The translations under genes and the position numbers were made by a program. A stretch of DNA of 6,967 nucleotides, taken from contig JADGIF010000536.1 in NCBI GenBank assembly GCA_018985225.1, forward strand, positions 1-6,967, given 5' to 3'. Positions 1 to 6,967 of this stretch are shown here, piece after piece; the stretch's first letter is position 1, and every line of letters begins with the position of its first letter. This DNA is from Amoeboradix gromovi X-113. Taxonomy: Eukaryota; Fungi; Sanchytriomycota. Under the pieces are notes generated by a model. It had not been told where the DNA came from. It was given only the letters and a program-made list of their open reading frames with translations, and ran no database searches.

Positions 1-21
1 GGTACTCTTTTCTAGAGTCAT
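1..21 (-). CDS. Possible 5' start of an ORF running off the left edge (MTLEKST...)
   Basis: caaaATG context at 21 on the minus strand, open to the window edge, downstream of TATAAAAG (167-160) and of the putative TIR. Only 7 codons are visible. Confidence 0.2.
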
Positions 22-159
22 TTTGTAATGTTATACTAGCATCATTACTCTTATCTATTTCTTTGAAGTGTAATAGTTATATTTTATTTGAAAGAGTAAG
101 AGAATAGCTGTACAGAATATTTATTTTTGAAATTTCGATACAAAAAGTTATTTATTTTC

Positions 160-167
160 CTTTTATA
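160..167 (-). promoter_or_regulatory. Candidate TATA box (TATAAAAG)
   Basis: Consensus TATAWAWR on the minus strand between the putative TIR and the ATG at 21. The AT-rich context makes a chance match plausible. Confidence 0.2.
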
Positions 168-259
168 CTCGCCAACTCCGCAACTAGCTGAATGTCCACT
201 CGCCTCTTAAATCCATAAAATTAATAAAGCTGAAATAATGTTCCAAGTTGTTACAGAAT

Positions 260-291
260 GTTAGTCCAGTTTTTATATTTGATGTCCCGAG
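260..291 (-). mobile_element. Putative DNA-transposon terminal inverted repeat (Tc1/mariner-like), element extending leftward
   Basis: Minus strand reads CA|CTCGGGACATCAAATATAAAAACTGGACTAAC. Its 29-bp core is 27/29 identical to the plus-strand sequence at 6807-6835. The repeat is seen directly; the TIR identity is inferred. Confidence 0.55.
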
Positions 292-297
292 TGTTTT

Positions 298-815
298 TTT
301 GAAGTCGTGAATACCAATGTGAGTTTCTCCTCGTTAAAAGTCCTAATTTCCGAGAAAATCGAGAATTTCCACAGAGAAACTAGCAGTGCTAGATGCTCTG
401 TTACAGTGAGTGCTCACGCCTTCACTACACTGAGGTGGGATTGAATAAGGATGTATATACTTGATGTATATGTTCCTTGCAGCCACATACTCTCTATTGT
501 CGCATATTCGGTAGAACAATCACAGATGAATTATTAAATAAATGGTTTACAGGTTTACTTATCGTTGATCTCTTTCTAGGCATTGAAAGACATCTAATTC
601 TTCCATGTTTGGATCAATTCCTCAGCGCTGATGAATGTGATTGTACCTATTAGTTATTTCTTTAAATTTGATTTAACATTTGCGAAAAGGTAGAATATCG
701 AGTATTTAAGCTATTAGAAAAATCTGGAAAAGTCTTGAAATTATACAAAAATCCATTCAAATTCGCGATAAATGATTTATTCAAGAAATCAATCGAGCTG
801 TTGCAGCACCCTTAA
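298..815 (+). pseudogene. Frameshifted coding remnant, copy A of an unrecognised protein family
   Basis: Colinear similarity to the reverse complement of ~935-1450. Conceptual translation across breaks: FEVVNTNVSFSSLKVLISEKIENFHRETSSARCSVTVSAHAFTTLR/GIE/MYILDVYVPCSHILSI/RIFGRTITDELLNKWF...YRVFKLLEKSGKVLKLYKNPFKFAINDLFKKSIELLQHP*. Internal stops and indels present. Boundaries approximate. Confidence 0.65.
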
Positions 816-934
816 AGACATTTAATGCCGGTTGAAAATGGCGAAAAGCTAGCTAAATGGTCATGAGGAACTAATAACAGAACTATTTCGTCTCATCCTT
901 AGGTGGTATAATGTGAAATGCGTCTGTAAAATTA

Positions 935-1450
935 TCTCTCGATTTTAATTGAATAAGCCATTGCTCGTGATTATATGAGCTATATCGCTTAAATAAATCA
1001 TATTTTTAGACTTTTCTAACTGCATAAAAATCCGATAATGTTTTTTTATCATTGCAAATGGCTAATCATCTATAACAGATACTCAAAACAATCCTCTGCA
1101 TTTCAGTAATTTGTCTAAAAATTAAATCAATGTTCGAAGAAAATTGTAACACAGGTAGAATGTAATGAAGTATTTATTAGTCAGACGTGCACAAGGACGA
1201 ACTCTAAAGAGTACCAATTTGGAGGTATTTACTTGCACAAACTGTCATTTTCTAGTAGATAGAGACCATATCGGACCAGGTAACACATACATGAAATATT
1301 TTCACCTCTTCAATACCGCGAAGGGTAGTGAAAGTGTGAGCACCTGCTGTAATGGAGAGATCGGCGTTGCGGTATCTTGTGGAATTTCTTGATTTTCTCG
1401 TAAATCAGACTTTCAACGAGGAGTTAATTTAGTTTTTAAACAGTTTCCAA
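935..1450 (-). pseudogene. Frameshifted coding remnant, copy B (inverted paralog of copy A)
   Basis: Conceptual translation across breaks: NSSLKV/LIYEKIKKFH/DT/NADLSITAGAHTFTTLRGIEEVKIFHVCVTWSDMVSIY*...LFRVRPCARLTNKYF...YRIFMQLEKSKNMIYLSDIAHIITSNGLFN*. Aligns to copy A with many synonymous differences. Boundaries approximate. Confidence 0.65.
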
Positions 1451-1617
1451 TGCGATGCATGTAGGCCACAATCAATATGTAATAACGTTATAAACAATTA
1501 TTTGAACTAAAATGAGATGTATGACGATCCATGCAAAGAATCTTGCTATCAAATTAAATTGAATCGTGCTTAAAATCCTAAAGTTTCACGATTTTGATTA
1601 CCCATTTTGAGCGCGTT

Positions 1618-4600
1618 ATGAAAAATAAGTTTTTACAACCTATAGACGAAATCAAAGTAACTTTTGATATAAATAAAGTTAAACCGAAAAAGAGAACTTA
1701 TTTTTCAAAAACAAAAAAGAACGCAGCCATGGATAAAGTCTTATTAAAAAAGAAACCAGATCAAGCTAATCTGACTCCTGTGATTCAAGAAAATAGGTAC
1801 ATTACTATGGGAAAGGCAGCTGAAGTTATCGTCAAAGACGAGCCCTTGACTTTTCATCAGCAACTTATGTTAGATACCAGTATCTACGTTAATATAGATG
1901 AAGTTAAAAAACCCGGAACGCACGTTTATAGAATTGAGGATATGATTCCAAACCCTTATGCTAGTACTTCTCTTAATGTTTATGACGCTTACTTGATATT
2001 TAAGTCGGATTCAGAAGAAGAACCAGTTCGTTTTTGTAAATGGATAGGCCCCCTTGCCTCGGCAGACAAAAAGACTAGCTCCACAATTTGGGCCGTGGGA
2101 TGCCGCGCCTTACTTCAGGTTTTAAGAACCGAAGAATATTTCGATTCAGAAGAAATATTTGGATTAAGTATTGATGAAGATGTTGAAAATTCGTTCCCAA
2201 GTGCGATTAAACCTCGTGTAGATGACGTGTTTCTAAGAGTGTACAAAATTGTTGGAAAGTTTAATCCAAAAGGCATATTGGTTGCACCTTATAGGGCGTC
2301 TTTGACCTCTGATGGAGTTTTCATTGTTGACGGTGGAAAATTCATATACATTTGGAATGGATTTGAGTCAACATTAGTTGAGAAATCCAAAGCTTATATG
2401 ATAGCGTCAACAATAAAATACAGTAGAGGAGGCAAGATAGAAATTCAAGTTATAGAGGATATGGAAGAAACAACAGCATTCAAAAAGGTCTTGCCTTCAA
2501 AGCCAGAATCACTTGAATCGTTAGGAAACCTCAACTCGGGAAATGAGATAAACAACGAGGAAAAATCAGAAAATTTTGAAAACACTTTGCAAGTTTACCA
2601 CAGCAAACAAAATGGCAATAGCCTACAGTCTTTGATAATGATTAATGACTATGACTGGTTTGAGGTTGCCCATCACTCTTTAGGTTACATGTATTATTTT
2701 TATTAATTTAGAATTGACGAGGAAACAGAAGATTTAATGGACTGCCAAGTTAAAGAGCCACTTTCTAGAAAAGATTTAAAAACCAATCAGTGCTATGTTT
2801 TGGATTCTACTGTAGAACTCTACTTGTGGATTGGAGCCAAATGTAATAAATACCACATTGAAGAGGCTATGGAATGCTTTAAAGCATGTATGAGAAGTCA
2901 GGTCAGACCCTTATGGATGGTTATCGGAAAAGTTTTTGAAGGGTTTGAACCAGAGCTATTTCGTTTAAAATTTCCGGACTGGTATGAAAGAAAAGATATT
3001 TTAAAAATAGAAAAATCAACCAAATCATTAATTCAAACTTCTAGCACTGCACTTTATAAGACTATAAAAGACATGACATATACACAACTTTCTCTACGCA
3101 AAGTGCAGTTAGTTACATTGGAATGTTACAAAGTGTTAGACGATATAACCTGCGTAAAATGTAAAACAGGAATCGAAGGCTATCTAAATTTGAATGAGAG
3201 CTACGTATTTGTAATTGTGTATCAGATACCCAAAGTGAGGATTGCTTCTGTTATAGAAGAAGATGAAGATGATTTAAAAGAAGAAGACGAAATGAACATT
3301 CAATTGTATTACTGGCAGTCGAGAAATGTCAGTGTGATAAAGTGGTCAAAATTCCTTATGTCAAGTGGGAGAGATCTAAAGGAATTTTTGGAAACCCAAT
3401 TTCATACAAAGTCATCATTAGAACGTATATTCGCATTTGAAGAGCCAGTATTATTACACCAAGCTTTGAAATTCAACATAAAATACTTCAGCAATCCAGC
3501 AGACAGAAAGAAGCTGTTCAAATGTTATATTGAGCATTCCTTAAAAAGTGTAAAGATGCTGGAAGTTAAATTTGAAGCTGAAAGTTTGTGCAGTAGATAT
3601 GTATATTTATTGCTAGATGGCCACCATGCATCGCTTTGGTCCGGATCCGGAGCATCTAAATTGGAGTACAGAATAGCATTAGAATCAGCGAACGATATGA
3701 TTAGATTCCTCGATAATGAAGCGAAAGCGTCTTCTGATATTGACAAGATGATATTAGGTAAAACGACTTTATCTTATTTTCAGGAAAAAAAAGAAAACGA
3801 TGCATTTTGGGCCTCGCTGAAAGGGAAAAAGGAGTACGGTTTTAGTAATGAGTCTCAGACAAATCCATTCCCCGTTGTTCTAATATTCGATTTGATAAAA
3901 GGTTTAATTGACTGCACTTGCGTTGAATTACATGTCGTATACACGGGACTTCCATGTTCAATTTTGAACTCTGAAAAGATAATTTTTGTAGATTGCGGGG
4001 TACCAAGGCCGTGTCATTTATGGCTGGGTAGCCGAGTAAGCCGACAGTTCAGAAATGGAGTCTATGATTTGCTTAAGCTAAGATTTAAAGAAATGGGTGA
4101 TGAAAGACAAATTGACGACGTTCTACAAAATAAGCTAATATCGTTTAGTTATTCTCAAGATAAGTTGAATGAAACAGTAAATAGATCAAGGGCATCATCT
4201 AAAAATTCTACTAACATAATATCTAGAGTATCTAGTATCCCAAAAATGGATGAATCTGAACCTAGCAGGCATGAAGTAAAAACAATTAAACCAGACGCTC
4301 TGAGAAAGTCATCAAGTTTTGACAAAGAATCAACAAAACTCGAAAAGGAACAAAACAGGCTTTCAAGACCGGAGGCTCTAATAAAAGCATCGTCACCAAA
4401 CATAGCTAGGCTCGAAACATTAACAAAGTCTAATAGTGGTGACAGAACGGAGGCAACTCTCCAATATCAGGCGCAGCAATATAGCAATGCAACAGAAGGA
4501 CAAATGTCACCATATGCGGTTCAAAGGATAGAAAATTTGAGAAATATAATGAACATGAGGAAGAAAAAAGATGTCACAAGCAAAATAGGACTTCCAATTA

Positions 4601-4695
4601 CACTAGAAGAAGAAGGAAGGGAATCTTTCCAGTTTAGAAGTTACTTCATAATCTGGAACGATAAGCCAGATTACATTAAGTCAATGCCGCAATAA
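1618..4695 (+). CDS. Flightless-I-like gelsolin/villin-family actin-binding protein, six gelsolin repeats, no LRR; two exons, join(1618..2690,2712..4695), ~1018 aa
   Basis: ORFs 1594..2706 and 2737..4695 are in the same frame, separated by one TAA inside a 21-nt GT..AG segment. Gelsolin-repeat motifs: G1 VYRIED..DAYLI..WIGPLASADKKTSSTIWAVGCRALL (resembles the Flightless-I G1 as I recall it); G2 VYKIVGK..SLTSDGVFIVDGGKFIYIWNG..KSKA; G3 DLKTNQCYVLDSTVELYLWIG..EGFEPELFRLKFPDW; G4 ESYVFV..acidic loop..LYYWQSR; G5 SLCSRYVYLLLD..LWSGSG; G6 LNSEKIIFVD..LWLG..EEGRESFQFRSYFIIW. The ORF-track start at 1594 is TTG. The first ATG is 1618; the alternative is gccATGg at 1729. Confidence 0.85.
2691..2711 (+). 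other. 21-nt spliceosomal intron (GTATTATTTTTATTAATTTAG)
   Basis: GT donor, TTAG acceptor and a branch-like TTAAT at 2703-2707; almost entirely A/T; contains the only in-frame stop (TAA 2704-2706). Removal keeps the frame (..LGY-I-IDEETEDL..). An in-frame 54-nt alternative (donor at 2658) is possible. Confidence 0.75.
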
Positions 4696-4841
4696 AATAT
4701 CTCTTTTTATTCTAATAGAAATATTCGACTGAGACGCGTTCCTAAATGGAAAAAATTCCATAGATATTCAACTGCGTGACATTTCCAAACTAAGTCCTCA
4801 GAATATCGGCCAAGAAAGCCATTTTCATATACTCGTTGAAA

Positions 4842-5510
4842 ATGGTACATAAATCCAACCATTTCTATGAGCGCTCTAATCCAGTGAAGTCAGCTCGCGT
4901 AGGGAACATTTATGATGTTATGTTTTCAATGACAGATTGTTGCAGTATGGAAAAAAAGAATACACATTCCAAGCACATAAAAGAATATTATTGCACCTTG
5001 ACAAGTCCTGCTTTCGCCCTTCCCTTGATCTTTTGCTTTATGAATGTTGAGCTTCATTCTCTTACTATCCAGGCTATTCTTTGCAGCGTTATTGCCGGTA
5101 TCATGAGTACGATATACCATGCTACTCTGTACACTATAACTAGTACCATCGATGTGTGTTGTGCTGCAATTGCTAATTATGTTGTTTGTTTGGCCATTAT
5201 CTCTCACAAGTATCATCTACGAGACAGTATTTTTGATCACGTTTCGATATTTGTAATTCTTGCTTTGATCCTTCTATATGGGTACAACTGGAGAGGTACA
5301 TCACATGTTGTGATTCCTACAATGGGATTTGCTGCTGTTTGTCAAGGAATTGTGTTGCTACTCGCTGGTGATTATTTGGCATTGCTAGTTGGAATTATTG
5401 CTGTAGGTTGTTACATATTGGACAAGCTGAACATTTTACCGCTTCACCCACTTTGGCATGTGATGGGTGGGATATACTTGTGTTTGTCGCTACAAAACAC
5501 AATTAATTAA
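4842..5510 (+). CDS. CREST-superfamily multi-pass membrane hydrolase, alkaline ceramidase-like (~222 aa)
   Basis: About seven hydrophobic segments. CREST metal-site motifs SxxxH (STIYH), a downstream Asp (TIDV) and C-terminal HxxWH (LHPLWH). N-terminal SMTDCCSMEKKN...EYYCTLTS resembles the ceramidase S..DWCE.N...AE..NT.S motif. The ORF-track start 4836 is TTG; the first ATG is 4842. Confidence 0.75.
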   Translation: MVHKSNHFYERSNPVKSARVGNIYDVMFSMTDCCSMEKKNTHSKHIKEYYCTLTSPAFALPLIFCFMNVELHSLTIQAILCSVIAGIMSTIYHATLYTITSTIDVCCAAIANYVVCLAIISHKYHLRDSIFDHVSIFVILALILLYGYNWRGTSHVVIPTMGFAAVCQGIVLLLAGDYLALLVGIIAVGCYILDKLNILPLHPLWHVMGGIYLCLSLQNTIN

Positions 5511-5647
5511 ATATGAAAATAAATCTTTAAATATATAACATCCTCGTTTTAAACAAGATTATCTGAGAGTCCAGTGTAGTAATGTAGTAGCTAATGAATG
5601 GCTGCGTGCTTGCTGAAATACATAATTGCTTTGAGTAAAAACACTAT

Positions 5648-6349
5648 TTATTTTTTACTTTCTAATTCTGTAATAACTAAGTCTAAAAGGTCATCCATAT
5701 TAGTTTTGGTTAAATTCAGCTGTTCTACCAGCTCCTTTTCTTTCTTCTCTTGACCAGGCATCATATTAGGCATCATCATAGGCATGTCAGTAGATATCTG
5801 GACATCAAACCCAGTGAACAACGCAAGTACATGTTGTGAAGCAAATACATTTAAGAAATACCAACTTAAAGCGCTGACAAATTCGTTCGGAAGATGTGCA
5901 TTAATTCCACGTTGAAGCATTTCACCCAACACATTAGGAAGAACAAACGGAACTTGTAACAGAACAAACTCACTAAAACTCCAGTTAATCCATCCAAACA
6001 GCACACTCTGTGGGATGATGAACATCATGTTAGATTTCATACCGCCCATCATTCCCTGCATGCTCTGTTGTTGCTGAGCTAATTGATCCATGGGGTCTTC
6101 AGGAGCGGCTACAGGTTTTTCGTTTTCAATTTCCCATAAAAGCTGAGCTTTGATTTTCGCCGCTACAAAAGGAGCAGCTAATGTACACTGTTTTATTAGA
6201 TGTTGGATTCCTTGTTTTCTAACTTGATTTAAAGGTATCTTTGGTTTGGGCTGATGACTTTGCATTTTTGTTCTAATTAGCTGAATCAGAATGATTATAG
6301 CTGTTAATGGCAATAACACATCATTTCTTAAAGATGGATCCAAATCCAT
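5648..6349 (-). CDS. EMC3: ER membrane protein complex subunit 3 (Oxa1-superfamily insertase), 233 aa
   Basis: N-terminal LDPSLRNDVLLPL, a Met-rich loop, then IIPQSVLFGWINWSFS.FV...VPF.L.....MLQRGI and VSALSWYFLNVF, all EMC3 hallmarks. Single uninterrupted ORF. Confidence 0.93.
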   Translation of the reverse strand: MDLDPSLRNDVLLPLTAIIILIQLIRTKMQSHQPKPKIPLNQVRKQGIQHLIKQCTLAAPFVAAKIKAQLLWEIENEKPVAAPEDPMDQLAQQQQSMQGMMGGMKSNMMFIIPQSVLFGWINWSFSEFVLLQVPFVLPNVLGEMLQRGINAHLPNEFVSALSWYFLNVFASQHVLALFTGFDVQISTDMPMMMPNMMPGQEKKEKELVEQLNLTKTNMDDLLDLVITELESKK

Positions 6350-6804
6350 TTGTCACAAAAAAGGAAACAAGATGAAAATAAATTAAATAACAAAATTGTA
6401 GATGCATATACAACGAGACATCACATGAAATTAAGCTGATTGAGGGGCCTTAGGAGGCGATTTGGTGCTGAACTTGTATAATCTACTTTAGAGGTATTTT
6501 GTTTAGAAAAACATCAATTATGATGACTACAGTTATGTTGTAAACACTGCCAAAGATTCACAATGCATTAATTAGAACAAACCGGTTTTCTTAGTTCCCA
6601 TGATTCTTATTTTGCTTATTTAGATACACGGAGTATTAAGGTTGCAATATTACCATTTTACAATATAATAATAAATAATACTTGAAAATGTCTATTTGTT
6701 GAATAAATTTTTTGCTCTGATCATTTTGTTTATCTTGAATGGTTGCAACTGACTTAACATTTCAACCTCCATCTAAAATCAAGTATTTATAGTAGGTAGA
6801 ACTA

Positions 6805-6835
6805 CTGGGACACCAAATATAAAAACTAGACTAAC
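6805..6835 (+). mobile_element. Putative DNA-transposon terminal inverted repeat (Tc1/mariner-like), element extending rightward
   Basis: Reads TA|CTGGGACACCAAATATAAAAACTAGACTAAC, preceded by TA at 6803-6804, the Tc1/mariner target dinucleotide. Inverted copy at 260-291. Confidence 0.55.
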
Positions 6836-6967
6836 TCGTTTTTAAAGGAGGTGCTCCATACGGAGGAAATCATTAATAAAAGATCTTCTATTATACCAAT
6901 TTTCTCTCATTGATTGTATTCCTCTTTTTAAAATAAAACTAGAAGACCCTGCATCTCGTTCAAATAT

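Noticed and set aside
393-653. Intact micro-intron gene (candidate introns 453-482 and 553-579)
   Set aside because: The candidate introns align as coding sequence with copy B, and I found no GT-AG pair that removes the stops at 651-671 in frame.
1165-1392. 75-aa plus-strand ORF
   Set aside because: Lies antisense to remnant copy B and has no recognisable motif; likely a shadow ORF.
2704-2706. TAA reassignment or readthrough joining the gelsolin ORFs
   Set aside because: All three genes end in TAA, no other in-frame TAA/TAG occurs in their ~1470 codons, and the stop sits inside a clean GT..AG segment.
4734-4761. ACGCGT (MCB-like) site and a 6-bp hairpin ATGGAA-AAAA-TTCCAT
   Set aside because: Single short motifs expected by chance.
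3525-5216. Minus-strand ORFs 3525-3746, 4155-4403 and 4926-5216
   Set aside because: Short antisense shadows fully inside well-supported genes.
6690-6745. Possible third remnant of the A/B family on the minus strand (PFK..NLFNK)
   Set aside because: Only short AT-rich matches that need gaps; not distinguishable from chance by eye.
260-6835. A single 6.6-kb gene-capturing transposon with inward-facing TIRs
   Set aside because: The outer flanks (..ACAGAAT and TCGTTTT..) show no target-site duplication, and the TA-like boundary is on the inner side.
6898-6940. Weak inverted similarity to ~80-122 (possible subterminal homology of the two elements)
   Set aside because: Low-complexity AT-rich, gapped and offset by ~75 nt; insufficient without a computed alignment.

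Overview
AT-rich, gene-dense eukaryotic DNA, apparently using the standard genetic code, probably from a compact-genome early-diverging fungus or relative (inference). It holds three intact genes. (1) A ~1018-aa Flightless-I-type six-domain gelsolin protein: the ORF track splits it in two, but a 21-nt GT-AG intron (2691-2711) joins it; it lacks the usual N-terminal LRRs and has a ~160-aa insertion in its last gelsolin domain. (2) A CREST/alkaline ceramidase-like membrane hydrolase. (3) A divergent EMC3 on the minus strand. The apparently empty flanks are structured. Positions ~298-1450 are a diverged inverted pair of frameshifted paralogous coding remnants of an unrecognised family, lying tail to tail. 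A 29-bp sequence at 260-288 recurs inverted (27/29 identical) at 6807-6835 and looks like outward-facing Tc1/mariner-type terminal repeats bracketing the gene island. All alignments were done by eye, with no database searches.
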